Below, piece by piece: positions 38,364 to 48,014 of a stretch of DNA of 64,000 nucleotides. Source of the stretch: a virus (Duplodnaviria; Caudoviricetes); IMG/VR virus record IMGVR_UViG_3300035208_002115; one strand, 5' to 3'. The notes under the pieces are model-generated. The model saw only the letters and a program-made list of their open reading frames with translations, did not search any database and was not told the origin of the DNA. Position numbers and translations under genes: made by a program. How positions within the stretch are numbered: position 1 is the first letter of the stretch; the number at the start of each line of letters is the position of its first letter.

Positions 38364-39038
38364 ATGATAACAACTTTTAATACCTATACAAACGAGAATA
38401 AGTCGTTCTCTGATTATCCATATCAAATGTTTTATTCAAAAGATAATATAGCTTCAGCTAAAGGTGCAAAATCTGAAAGAGAATTAATTAGTATGGCTAA
38501 GAATTTAAATTTAAAAGAATTTGCTATTTATAAAACATATGCTAATGGTAGAACTTTTTATTCAACTGCTGATGAAAATTTCTTAGTATCTTGGTATGAC
38601 AAGGGTGGTCGTGATTATTGGTCAAATAGGTCTAAAAAAGAACCAGAATTATTAAAGAAGAAAATTGAAAAACTTGATGAAGGTTTAATGGATGATTTAA
38701 TAGCTGATAGTGATGCTGGTGTTAAACAGACCAATGAATACAGTGATAAACCAATTTTTGTTTTATGGGCTGAAAAAGCAACAAAAGATTTTCCCAGTAT
38801 AATTAAAAAAGCTATGTATAAAGGAAAAAGCAATAAATTGTGGAACAGAGAATATATTACAAATGCACATAATGGATATGGTACGGTTTTCTTTATTGAT
38901 GCTAACAACGTACCAGAGGCTAAATCCGAATTAATAAAAGCATTACGACACGGCTCTGCTGATAATATTTATTATTTTGGTGTAAATTCTAAAGCCATGT
39001 TAGATGGGATAGATTGGAACTATATTATAAATAAATAA
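38364..39038 (+). CDS. Putative internal virion protein
   Basis: Leader MITTFNTYTNEN; internal KLDEG and QTNEY. Confidence 0.7.
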   Translation: MITTFNTYTNENKSFSDYPYQMFYSKDNIASAKGAKSERELISMAKNLNLKEFAIYKTYANGRTFYSTADENFLVSWYDKGGRDYWSNRSKKEPELLKKKIEKLDEGLMDDLIADSDAGVKQTNEYSDKPIFVLWAEKATKDFPSIIKKAMYKGKSNKLWNREYITNAHNGYGTVFFIDANNVPEAKSELIKALRHGSADNIYYFGVNSKAMLDGIDWNYIINK

Positions 39039-39097
39039 GAAAACATTAACTTTTTATTAATTGAAGGATATAATAGATAAATTTTATATCCTTTTTT

Positions 39098-39388
39098 ATG
39101 TCGTATATAGGAAAAAATGTTTTTATTCAAACTAAAAAAACATCAGGTGTTTATCGAGTTATAAAAGAAACTAAGTCTAAGAAAACATTAACCCTTCAGG
39201 AAAATGAATTGATAGAAAAAGATGAAATTCCAGTTAAGATACATAATATTTTCTTTTCAATAAAAAATTCACATAGACTTGAATATAGAGAAAACTCAAA
39301 TGGTAATATAATAAGAATTCGCCTTAATAAGAACGATGTGTGGTACATTTTAAATCATTATGAACCCATTGATATGAAATTTATTTAG
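39098..39388 (+). CDS. Hypothetical protein
   Basis: ORF track. Confidence 0.65.
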   Translation: MSYIGKNVFIQTKKTSGVYRVIKETKSKKTLTLQENELIEKDEIPVKIHNIFFSIKNSHRLEYRENSNGNIIRIRLNKNDVWYILNHYEPIDMKFI

Positions 39389-39434
39389 GAAACGTTGATT
39401 AGGTAATATATAATAAAATAAAAAATGAAATTTA

Positions 39435-40478
39435 ATGGATTATAATAAAAACTACTATACGATTTTAGGTCTCACCAAGGATGCTGATAAGGATTTGATT
39501 AAGAAAACCTATAAAAAACTGGCCTTAAAATATCATCCTGATAAAAACAATCAAGATAAAAAATCAGAAGAAAAATTCAAAGAAATAAATGAAGCGTATC
39601 AAATCATTGGTGATGATGTTAAAAGAAATGATTATGATGTAAGAAGTCCACATGGTAAGAGTTATAATCCGAATCCATTTGGTAGTGGATTTAATCCATT
39701 TACTGGTAGAGGGGGTGGTGGTGGAGATTTTAATGATATTTTTGAAGTATTTAAAAATTTCGGACACACACAAGGTTTTAATTTTAATTATAAAGAACAA
39801 TTTCATGAAAATTTAGATATTAGTGTTTCAGTAAATGTCTCAATAGAAGATATTTATAACAATAATCCAATAAAGGTTGTATATGATAGAAATATACATT
39901 GTAGTGAATGTAATGGAACAGGTTTCAACCCACACAGCGAATCATTTGTTTGTGAAGTATGTGGCGGTTCAGGTCATGGTATGTATGGTAATAAATGTGA
40001 GAGTTGCCAAGGTTCTGGTAGAATATATTCAGCTACTTGTCCGAAATGTAAAGGGGAAAAACTTCAAAATAAAAAAGAAGAATTTAATTTCTTAAATTCT
40101 TATCAGGTTCGCAACTCTTTTAAAACCAGAAAAGGTAGATATGGACATCAATCGAAATATTATCGTGGTACAAGTGGGGATTTAATAGTAACACTTATTT
40201 TCATTAATAATACAAATTTTGTTATTCGCCCAGATAATAATTTAGATTATAAATTGAATATCCATTATGAAGATGCCATCAACGGTTTAGATTATCAAAT
40301 AAAGACCCCAGATAAAAAATCGTATAATGTTAAAATACCAGCTAATACAAAAGATGGTGATGTGTTAAAATTAAATGGAATAGGAATGTTAAATTTAGAT
40401 GGGAAGACACGTTCGGGGATATATATAGTTATAAATATTATTATAGATTATGAAAGACTTGGAAAAAATAGCATTTAA
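39435..40478 (+). CDS. dnaJ: DnaJ/Hsp40 co-chaperone (class A)
   Basis: J domain with HPD, G/F-rich linker, four CxxCxGxG-type repeats, C-terminal domain. Confidence 0.92.
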   Translation: MDYNKNYYTILGLTKDADKDLIKKTYKKLALKYHPDKNNQDKKSEEKFKEINEAYQIIGDDVKRNDYDVRSPHGKSYNPNPFGSGFNPFTGRGGGGGDFNDIFEVFKNFGHTQGFNFNYKEQFHENLDISVSVNVSIEDIYNNNPIKVVYDRNIHCSECNGTGFNPHSESFVCEVCGGSGHGMYGNKCESCQGSGRIYSATCPKCKGEKLQNKKEEFNFLNSYQVRNSFKTRKGRYGHQSKYYRGTSGDLIVTLIFINNTNFVIRPDNNLDYKLNIHYEDAINGLDYQIKTPDKKSYNVKIPANTKDGDVLKLNGIGMLNLDGKTRSGIYIVINIIIDYERLGKNSI

Positions 40479-40515
40479 TCTTTAATATATATTTATATAA
40501 AATAATTAAATTTTA

Positions 40516-41028
40516 ATGTATCAAACAATTGACCAGTCATTGGATTTCATAAATGATTTGTATAAAATACTTTCTACAAATGAAAAAGTATTATACAATG
40601 ATTCTAAAATGTCTAAGGATAAGTATTATAAGAATGTTATTGGTAAATTACTTTTAAAGTATTTAAGTTTGCCTGAAGATTATATGACTGTTTCAAAAGA
40701 AGGATTTGTTGTTGAAAAATCACATATTTTATTACATAGGGCATTGACTGATATTTTCTGTAAATTACAAAAGAAATATTATGGAAACGAAGATTTATTC
40801 GGAATAGAAAAAAAATCAAATTATATAACCTCATTTTATGAAGATACTTCATATATTTGTGAGACATATATTTATTCCAATTTTAATACTAAATTTTTAG
40901 ATTGGATAAAGGCATATAATGAAGATTTAGTTTATGTTGAAACCGAAACGTACAAATATTATGGATTTTTAAATAAAAAACTGGAATTAAATTCTGGTTC
41001 TTATGCTTCTAAAACTTTTAAATTTTAA
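40516..41028 (+). CDS. Hypothetical protein
   Basis: ORF track. Confidence 0.7.
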   Translation: MYQTIDQSLDFINDLYKILSTNEKVLYNDSKMSKDKYYKNVIGKLLLKYLSLPEDYMTVSKEGFVVEKSHILLHRALTDIFCKLQKKYYGNEDLFGIEKKSNYITSFYEDTSYICETYIYSNFNTKFLDWIKAYNEDLVYVETETYKYYGFLNKKLELNSGSYASKTFKF

Positions 41029-41040
41029 ATTTTATTTATC

Positions 41041-41334
41041 ATGAAAAAAAGTATTTTTTTGTTTGTTACAATGCTATTCTTAATGGCATGTAGTTCATCT
41101 ATTAAAACAACCACCGAAAACGAGGAAGGTTATGTTGGTAAAATTGAAAGTATAACATATCTCGGAAAAATGAATACCAAAGTAACTTATGTTGTAACTA
41201 CTAAAACTGAAGTTCAGTTAGTTGGTAAAGTTAAAAAACTAAAAAATGGTAAAAAATGTTTCATTGTTAAAAAATCAGATGGACATGATTATCTTTTAGT
41301 TGAAAAAATTGGTGAATTTGAAATAGCAAGATAA
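41041..41334 (+). CDS. Lipoprotein
   Basis: MKK + hydrophobic stretch + LMAC lipobox. Confidence 0.75.
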   Translation: MKKSIFLFVTMLFLMACSSSIKTTTENEEGYVGKIESITYLGKMNTKVTYVVTTKTEVQLVGKVKKLKNGKKCFIVKKSDGHDYLLVEKIGEFEIAR

Positions 41335-41339
41335 ATTAT

Positions 41340-41870
41340 ATGAATAAAAAATTAACTGTTGTAAACCTATTCTGTGGGCCGGGTGCTGGGAAAACCACAT
41401 CTCGTTCTCAAATATTTTCTTATCTAAAATGGCACAATATTAATTGTGAAGAAGTTGCCGAGTATGCCAAGAAATTAACTTTTCAAAAAAACTTCAAACA
41501 ATTAAAAAATCAAACATATGTTTTCGCAAAACAACACAATAATATATTCATGGTAGAAGATGATGTTGATGTTGTGATTACTGATTCACCACTATTGTTA
41601 TCTATTATTTATGATAAGAGAAATGATGAACTTTTTAAAAAGTATGTTATACAAACTCACAACGAATATAATAACATAAACATTTTTATAAATAGGGTTA
41701 AGCCATATCATAAAGTGGGGAGAAGTCAAAGTGAGGCTGAATCTAAATTAATCGATGAACAAGTTTTATCATTGTTAAATGAACTTAATGAACCATATCA
41801 AATAGTCAATGGTACATACGAAGATATGTTGGAATACTCGAAAGAGCTTGTATTGGAATTAAAAAAATAA
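41340..41870 (+). CDS. AAA_28/NadR-like P-loop kinase/ATPase
   Basis: GPGAGKTT, EYAK, VITDSPLL. Confidence 0.8.
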   Translation: MNKKLTVVNLFCGPGAGKTTSRSQIFSYLKWHNINCEEVAEYAKKLTFQKNFKQLKNQTYVFAKQHNNIFMVEDDVDVVITDSPLLLSIIYDKRNDELFKKYVIQTHNEYNNINIFINRVKPYHKVGRSQSEAESKLIDEQVLSLLNELNEPYQIVNGTYEDMLEYSKELVLELKK

Positions 41871-41922
41871 AATGTTTTTTTATATATACATTTATTAAAT
41901 ATCTAAAAAATAATTTATATAA

Positions 41923-42279
41923 ATGAAAAACATTTTTAATTTTAAAAAATTCATTTCTAATAAGTTAAATGAATATAAGAATGCAAGTAAAGTTGAAGTT
42001 TTACCCCTGAAAAGTGTAATAGACCAGTTTAAATCACTTGAAAAAGGTATAAATTCGCTTGGTTATAAAGTCGAATTCTCAGAAAAGGATATTAACCGAG
42101 TAGCTGAAAATCATTCAACTTGTAAATTTATTATTGATGGTAAACAAAAGACTTTTTTAATATTCAAAAATGGAACAGTTTATCTTTCTAAAGAAAATGA
42201 AGATGGATATATTGGAATTTTGATATACTACGATGAATTCTTAAAAGGTCTTAAAAAAATACTTAAAGAAGCGTTATAA
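41923..42279 (+). CDS. Putative internal virion protein
   Basis: Leader MKNIFNFKKFISNKLNE. Confidence 0.65.
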   Translation: MKNIFNFKKFISNKLNEYKNASKVEVLPLKSVIDQFKSLEKGINSLGYKVEFSEKDINRVAENHSTCKFIIDGKQKTFLIFKNGTVYLSKENEDGYIGILIYYDEFLKGLKKILKEAL

Positions 42280-42294
42280 AATAAATGGACGGTC

Positions 42295-42783
42295 TTGAAA
42301 AAATACACACTATTAACTCTATTATTATTTTTTGTACACCTAAATGTGGTTGTATCTCAAAGTAATTTAGTGTTTACGGATTCTGTTAAGATAACCAAGA
42401 CTAACACTAATATTCGCTCAAATATAGAACACTGGTATAGTAATGAAAATAATATACACATATCAGTTCTTCGAACTGATGGTAAAAGTTATATAGGGGT
42501 TGCCAGTTTATATTATCCAAATCACTCTAAATACATAGAAGGATATGTCAATTTTAAATTCACTATAACTATAAAAGAAAATTATTTATATATTCGGTAT
42601 TATAATCTTATACACACCTCAGACAATATATCATTTGGTTTATTATTGAAAAATCAACCCAACTTATCTAACAACTGTTATTTACATGCTGATATATGTA
42701 AAGTTTTATGGAATGACCTCATAGAATATTTAACAAATCACTTAATGATAACAACAGCCGATTTGAAATATTATTTTAAGTAA
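42295..42783 (+). CDS. Secreted protein, DUF4468-like
   Basis: Signal peptide; GYVNFKFTITIKENYLYIRYYNLIH. Confidence 0.5.
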   Translation: MKKYTLLTLLLFFVHLNVVVSQSNLVFTDSVKITKTNTNIRSNIEHWYSNENNIHISVLRTDGKSYIGVASLYYPNHSKYIEGYVNFKFTITIKENYLYIRYYNLIHTSDNISFGLLLKNQPNLSNNCYLHADICKVLWNDLIEYLTNHLMITTADLKYYFK

Positions 42784-42838
42784 TTTTTTTTATAATAAAC
42801 AAATCTATATTTTTGTTTTATAATAAAAATAAAGTGAA

Positions 42839-43159
42839 ATGCTTAAAACTAAAAATGACGAATATTATGTGTTGTGTTTCAAAAACGAATATAATGAAAC
42901 TCAATATATTAAATCGTATAATTATAAGAACATTAACAGACCCATTTCAAATCATAAGTTACAATATAAAACTTATGTATATTTGACTAAGAGTTTGGAA
43001 GAAGCAAAAATTTGGAAGAAAAAGAATGGTGCTTTTAGAATGTGTAAAAATGTAATAGCACCAACACTGAATATTCCATTTGAATCTATAAGTATAAGTA
43101 GTGTATCAAAACAAAAGATTCGAAGGGCTAAGATTCTTGAACTTGGATTATTGGATTAA
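42839..43159 (+). CDS. Hypothetical protein with RxxKI tag
   Basis: Ends IRRAKILELGLLD. Confidence 0.7.
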   Translation: MLKTKNDEYYVLCFKNEYNETQYIKSYNYKNINRPISNHKLQYKTYVYLTKSLEEAKIWKKKNGAFRMCKNVIAPTLNIPFESISISSVSKQKIRRAKILELGLLD

Positions 43160-43170
43160 ATATTAGAAAT

Positions 43171-43458
43171 ATGGCAGAGCGTAGAGGAAGTATAAGAACC
43201 GTAAAAGGCATCGAATTAGAAAATAAACACCAGCTTACTTATGAAAAATGGTGGCTTGGAAAACACATAGAAACTAATTTATTTAAAGATTATCCTATTA
43301 GTGAGGACATGATTAACGGAATAGTTGAAAATGTTAAATATGTCGGTAACTCGGTGTCTGGGGTTGTAGAATTAACGTTAGATAATGGTTTTGTTTATTT
43401 AGTTGGTTCACGAACTTCATACAGACCAACAAAGGCCGATGTTAAAATATTAAATTAA
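43171..43458 (+). CDS. Hypothetical protein
   Basis: ORF track. Confidence 0.65.
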   Translation: MAERRGSIRTVKGIELENKHQLTYEKWWLGKHIETNLFKDYPISEDMINGIVENVKYVGNSVSGVVELTLDNGFVYLVGSRTSYRPTKADVKILN

Positions 43459-43476
43459 TTACCTAATTTTTATATA

Positions 43477-43710
43477 ATGGATAACCAGCTATCTTTAAAT
43501 GAAGACGAAATGAGAGCCATAGTCTCGGTGATGAGGGGTATGAGACATTTTTCTAAACATGATACTGTTGAATCTCTATTGGATTATATTGTTAAAGAAG
43601 AAATAGCAAACAGAACCAATGGGAAAATCAAATGGGAAACCCCCATGTTAAATTTGTTTAAATCTATCGAGGAAAAATTCAAAAAGCGTCTTTCAGAACA
43701 TGGTTTATAA
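43477..43710 (+). CDS. Hypothetical protein
   Basis: ORF track. Confidence 0.65.
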   Translation: MDNQLSLNEDEMRAIVSVMRGMRHFSKHDTVESLLDYIVKEEIANRTNGKIKWETPMLNLFKSIEEKFKKRLSEHGL

Positions 43711-44062
43711 TTTAATAATAGATGACTCCAGAACCATACAAATGGTTTATAACGTAACTGGTAATTCAATTTACATTAATTTGAAATGGATTATAGTCAA
43801 ATCTTTTGATGAATTTGTAAAAACTATAATAGATAAAGGAATACCAGAAAATATCAGTTTCGACCACGATTTAGGTGATTTTATTTTAGAAGATGGTGAA
43901 TTGAAAGAACGTACTGGGTATGACTGTATTAAATGGTTAGTTGACTATTGTCAAGATAATAATCTGAAATTACCAAATTGTTTAGTTCACACTTCTAATA
44001 CGGTTGGGTCGGAAAACATTAAAAGGTATATTGGAAATAGTAAAAAACATCTGGGTATATAA
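43700..44062 (+). CDS. Cyclic-phosphate-processing receiver-like domain (cREC_REC)
   Basis: LIIDDSR, ISFDHDLG, TGYDCIKWL, HTSNTVG. Confidence 0.8.
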   Translation: MVYNLIIDDSRTIQMVYNVTGNSIYINLKWIIVKSFDEFVKTIIDKGIPENISFDHDLGDFILEDGELKERTGYDCIKWLVDYCQDNNLKLPNCLVHTSNTVGSENIKRYIGNSKKHLGI

Positions 44063-44443
44063 ATGGACGAAATTGATAAACTAAAAGAATTACGGCTCAT
44101 ACAGTATTTAGATTCATTAACCATTACATTTATTGAAGAAAGTAACGAATCTTACTTTGATAAAAAAACAATATCTACTATCAAAGATACCATATTTCAA
44201 TTGATATCAACTATTAATACATCACCTTATTTATTTTTTAAACAGTGGTCACCTTTTGGATTTGTAATTCATTATACTGTTTATTATAAATCAAAAAAGA
44301 TATTTGATATTACTGAAAAATACTTACCTAAAAATTACAATAGGGATAAAATGAATCTATTGATAATGGGGGAAATAAATTCGTCAAAACATTATCATTT
44401 TATTAATGAAAAACCTCAAAAACTGTCTGATATAGACTACTAA
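44063..44443 (+). CDS. Hypothetical protein
   Basis: ORF track. Confidence 0.6.
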   Translation: MDEIDKLKELRLIQYLDSLTITFIEESNESYFDKKTISTIKDTIFQLISTINTSPYLFFKQWSPFGFVIHYTVYYKSKKIFDITEKYLPKNYNRDKMNLLIMGEINSSKHYHFINEKPQKLSDIDY

Positions 44444-44483
44444 AATATTTCTTCTGTAATTTTTTTCTTTATTATTTTGTGAT

Positions 44484-44491
44484 TATATTTG
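44484..44491 (+). promoter_or_regulatory. Bacteroidota-type -7 element (TATATTTG)
   Basis: TAnnTTTG heading the 44511-47927 small-gene operon. Confidence 0.55.
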
Positions 44492-44510
44492 TTGTGTAAA
44501 ATTATACAAT

Positions 44511-44834
44511 ATGTTTGAACTTGATTTAACACAACCGATAGAAATATCTCACTCAGCCTCGACTGACCCATTCGATAAACACGAAGGTGAAAGAAGAACT
44601 GAATTGAAAAAATATAAACGGGTTTTACACTATCGTGGGTTTGAATATAAAGAAAATATAAATGTACCAGTTGGTGGTGATGGTCTTTGGGAAATACCTG
44701 AATTACCATGTTTTGGTATTGGTGCTAACACTAAAGGTAAATTAGTTGTTTCTCAGACACAGGCAAAAGAAGCTATTGATAATTATTACAACAACTGTGC
44801 GTTGAATGGAAATAACCCAAAAAACAAAAACTAA
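44511..44834 (+). CDS. Hypothetical protein
   Basis: ORF track. Confidence 0.65.
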   Translation: MFELDLTQPIEISHSASTDPFDKHEGERRTELKKYKRVLHYRGFEYKENINVPVGGDGLWEIPELPCFGIGANTKGKLVVSQTQAKEAIDNYYNNCALNGNNPKNKN

Positions 44835-44844
44835 AACAAAAATT

Positions 44845-45291
44845 ATGAATACAGATATCGATAATATTTTTTCACATTCTATTTTTATTTCAAAACTTAA
44901 AGATTTGGGGTTTGATATTGAAGTGAAAAGTAATAAAGATGGAGATTATACTTATGACCTTTTTGTGAATGGTATTAGAATTTCAACTACTGATTATCGA
45001 ATATTTGGTTATTACTGCGGTGGTGCTTATGCTTCATGTGCAAGAACAGATAAAGAAGAATATTCAATAGAAGACATTGAAATTGCGATAACGAAATGTT
45101 CCGAAGTATTAATGAGTGAAATTATTTCGATAAGTAAAGTTCCATCTTACTTTGATTGTAGAGATTTTCTAAATTTAAAATTTGGAAAATCAAAAGTGGA
45201 GAAAGATGCTATTAAAAGAGTCTTATCCCTTTTAAAAGAAAATTATCAAGATTTAATTAAATCGGTAGTTGGTTTTCAACGTTACCGATAA
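44845..45291 (+). CDS. Hypothetical protein
   Basis: Likely start MNTDID at 44845. Confidence 0.65.
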   Translation: MNTDIDNIFSHSIFISKLKDLGFDIEVKSNKDGDYTYDLFVNGIRISTTDYRIFGYYCGGAYASCARTDKEEYSIEDIEIAITKCSEVLMSEIISISKVPSYFDCRDFLNLKFGKSKVEKDAIKRVLSLLKENYQDLIKSVVGFQRYR

Positions 45292-45318
45292 TATGAATAT
45301 AATTTTAAATAAAAACAT

Positions 45319-45522
45319 ATGATAGAATATTTGTACACAGAAGGTAAAATTGGTGATAGGAATACACCAATACCTGTAAGATTAAATGGTCAAAGAGTTG
45401 GAACAATTAAACCAGTAGAAGGTGGGTGGCAGTATTTTCCTCTTAACCACAAACAAGGTGGTGAAATTTTTGATACTATTGATAAAGTTCAAAAATCTCT
45501 CGAATTTTGTGAAGAAGAATAA
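45319..45522 (+). CDS. Hypothetical protein
   Basis: ORF track. Confidence 0.65.
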   Translation: MIEYLYTEGKIGDRNTPIPVRLNGQRVGTIKPVEGGWQYFPLNHKQGGEIFDTIDKVQKSLEFCEEE

Positions 45523-45537
45523 AGAATAAATTATAAC

Positions 45538-45792
45538 ATGAAAACAATAAAATTCACAGTAGCATATTATCATGGCATCGGAGAAAACCCAATGGTTATC
45601 CTTTTGGATAGGGAAGTTGGTTATATGAAAAGACAATATAACACCATCGAAGAACTAAAGGCCGACATCACCGAAGATGCTATTATTTATTTTGTTGCCG
45701 ATAAATATGACAATCGATTTAGTGATTTGGATAACTGGCATGGTGGTAATTTTGATTTTGATAAATTATCCGAAGTAGTATTTAAAAACTAA
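45538..45792 (+). CDS. Hypothetical protein
   Basis: ORF track. Confidence 0.65.
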   Translation: MKTIKFTVAYYHGIGENPMVILLDREVGYMKRQYNTIEELKADITEDAIIYFVADKYDNRFSDLDNWHGGNFDFDKLSEVVFKN

Positions 45793-45796
45793 TAAT

Positions 45797-45982
45797 ATGT
45801 CAAAAATTAAAAAAGTTGATGAAGAATTCATCCCAATGTGGAAAAAAGAACTTGAAAAAGTTAAACGTTGTCCACAACGTCAGGATTCTATGACCGACCA
45901 GTTAAAAGATTTGTGGCAGATTGCTAATAAATTTGGTTTTTATGATGCAGCCGACCATATCAGAACCATTTGTAATTTTTAA
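45797..45982 (+). CDS. Hypothetical protein
   Basis: ORF track; DQLKDL..IANKFGFYDAAD. Confidence 0.65.
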   Translation: MSKIKKVDEEFIPMWKKELEKVKRCPQRQDSMTDQLKDLWQIANKFGFYDAADHIRTICNF

Positions 45983-45986
45983 TTAT

Positions 45987-46316
45987 ATGAAAGATATATT
46001 TAACAAAGAAATGGAAATTGGACATATAGTTGCAGTTAGATATGTCTGGAATAGTTATGTTGGTGTGCTTAGAACAAATGGCTTATCTATGCGAGAATTA
46101 GCACAAAAACACTGGGCAATGGCAGATTGTCACCCAATTGAATCAAAGAATACACATCAGATTTTAGGACATATTGATGTAAATCATTCAGATTTTAATA
46201 AAGATGTAAATGAGTGGGCATATTCAGAAGATGAAAATGTCAAATGTCCTGTTGATATCCATATTTACAAAACAAAAGAAGAAATCAGAAAACTTAAAAT
46301 AGAATCTCTATGGTAA
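45987..46316 (+). CDS. Hypothetical protein with RxxKI tag
   Basis: Likely start MKDIFNKEMEIG; ends EIRKLKIESLW. Confidence 0.7.
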   Translation: MKDIFNKEMEIGHIVAVRYVWNSYVGVLRTNGLSMRELAQKHWAMADCHPIESKNTHQILGHIDVNHSDFNKDVNEWAYSEDENVKCPVDIHIYKTKEEIRKLKIESLW

Positions 46317-46531
46317 AGCCGAAAATAAAACTCAAATGGAGTAAGAAAGAAAATGATTGGATTTTTGATTACCCAGATAATAAAGGTAAATCTTTAATGG
46401 GAGTTTTCTTCGATATGATGAAAACATCTGGAAATAGAACCGACTGGGAAGATGACTTAAAAACCATGCTGACTAATGCTGGATATGACTATACAACATT
46501 AAAAATAACAGTGTCTAAAAAAGAAAAATAA
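46310..46531 (+). CDS. Hypothetical protein
   Basis: ORF track. Confidence 0.65.
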   Translation: MVKPKIKLKWSKKENDWIFDYPDNKGKSLMGVFFDMMKTSGNRTDWEDDLKTMLTNAGYDYTTLKITVSKKEK

Positions 46532-46532
46532 T

Positions 46533-47687
46533 ATGACAATTCAAGAACTTAAAGATAATAACCTCATTATATTTGAAGCCCTCACAGGCTCTCATGCTTA
46601 TGGTTTAAATGAAGCTAATTCGGATATTGATTATAAAGGAGTGTTTGTACTTCCTTTAGACGATTTGTTATCAGATGATTATATTACTGAGGTATCTGAT
46701 GAAAAAAACGATATAACTTATTTTGAAATTGGTAGGTTTATTGAACTTCTCAATAAATCAAATCCAACAGCAATCGAATTATTATTTTCACCCGTAGAAA
46801 ATATTCGTATTAAACATGAATGTTTTGATTTTTTATTGGAAAATAAAGAAAAATATATTTCCAAAAAACTAAAAGAAACTTTTGGTAAATATGCCGAACA
46901 GCAAATAAAAAAAGCCAGAGGTTTAAATAAAAAAATTGTTAAACCAGTTGCCAAGGAAAAAAAGAGTCCATTGGATTTTTGTTTTGTTATTGATGGTTAT
47001 AAAACATATTCATTAAAACGTTTTTTAAGCAAGAATGGACTTAATCAAAAGTTTTGCGGTATAGTCAATGTCCCGAATGCAAGAGACGTTTTTTCGCTAT
47101 TCTATGATGAATTTTCCCATGCTTGTTTTGATGAGAGGATACCCGAAGAAAATAGGTTAGATGCTCAATCAAAATTTAAAAATTCTTTTAAAGCATACAA
47201 GGGTATTGTTAAAGAAAGTGAAAGTGGTGAATTGCTTTCAAATGAATTAAGGTACAGTTCTGTAAGAGAGACAGAGACCCCCAGATGTATATTTTCTTAT
47301 AATAAAGATGGTTATACCTCTTATTGCAAAGATTATTCCGAATATTGGTCATGGGTTGCAAAAAGGAATCCTGTTCGTTATGATACTAATATGAAGCATG
47401 GTAAGAACTATGACTCGAAAAATCTTTTACATCTAACAAGATTATTAACAATGTGTCTTGAAATTGGACAAGGAAAGGGGGTAATTGTTAAACGACCAGA
47501 CAGAGATTTATTATTAGATATAAAGCATGGTAACAGGGAATATGATGATATCATAAAAGATTCTGATGATAAAACCATAGAGATTGAGAAAGTGTATAAA
47601 GAATCTAATTTGAAAAATGATGTTGATGAAAAAAGTTCTAAAAATATCTTGAAACAAATACGCAAACAGTTTTATAATATAAAATAA
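46533..47687 (+). CDS. Pol-beta superfamily nucleotidyltransferase (YcgL/Nuc-transf-like)
   Basis: GSHAYGL...SDIDYKGVF; NPTAIELL; YDSKNLLHLTRLL; LLDIKHG. Confidence 0.85.
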   Translation: MTIQELKDNNLIIFEALTGSHAYGLNEANSDIDYKGVFVLPLDDLLSDDYITEVSDEKNDITYFEIGRFIELLNKSNPTAIELLFSPVENIRIKHECFDFLLENKEKYISKKLKETFGKYAEQQIKKARGLNKKIVKPVAKEKKSPLDFCFVIDGYKTYSLKRFLSKNGLNQKFCGIVNVPNARDVFSLFYDEFSHACFDERIPEENRLDAQSKFKNSFKAYKGIVKESESGELLSNELRYSSVRETETPRCIFSYNKDGYTSYCKDYSEYWSWVAKRNPVRYDTNMKHGKNYDSKNLLHLTRLLTMCLEIGQGKGVIVKRPDRDLLLDIKHGNREYDDIIKDSDDKTIEIEKVYKESNLKNDVDEKSSKNILKQIRKQFYNIK

Positions 47688-47693
47688 TTTAAT

Positions 47694-47927
47694 ATGAATT
47701 CAATTCAATCAGTATCAGTTCAAACACCAAAAGGTGTTTTTTATAAAGTTGGGTTAATATGCCCAAATAAAGACATACCAGTTTCACGCATTGAACAACG
47801 ACAAGTTGAAAGTCAGACTGGAGATGTTTACACCGCTTATGATATCTATGACTTTGAGGACGAAGTTATGGTTACTATTGAAAACTGTCCAGTTATTGTT
47901 ACATTTGAAACAATAACAACTTTCTGA
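47694..47927 (+). CDS. Hypothetical protein
   Basis: ORF track. Confidence 0.65.
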   Translation: MNSIQSVSVQTPKGVFYKVGLICPNKDIPVSRIEQRQVESQTGDVYTAYDIYDFEDEVMVTIENCPVIVTFETITTF

Positions 47928-48014
47928 CATGTTAAAAATATTAAAAAACAAAACTAATAAATTTTCGAAGAAGTCAAAAAGTGGATAAAAAAATATAGGA
48001 AAAAATATTCTAAC

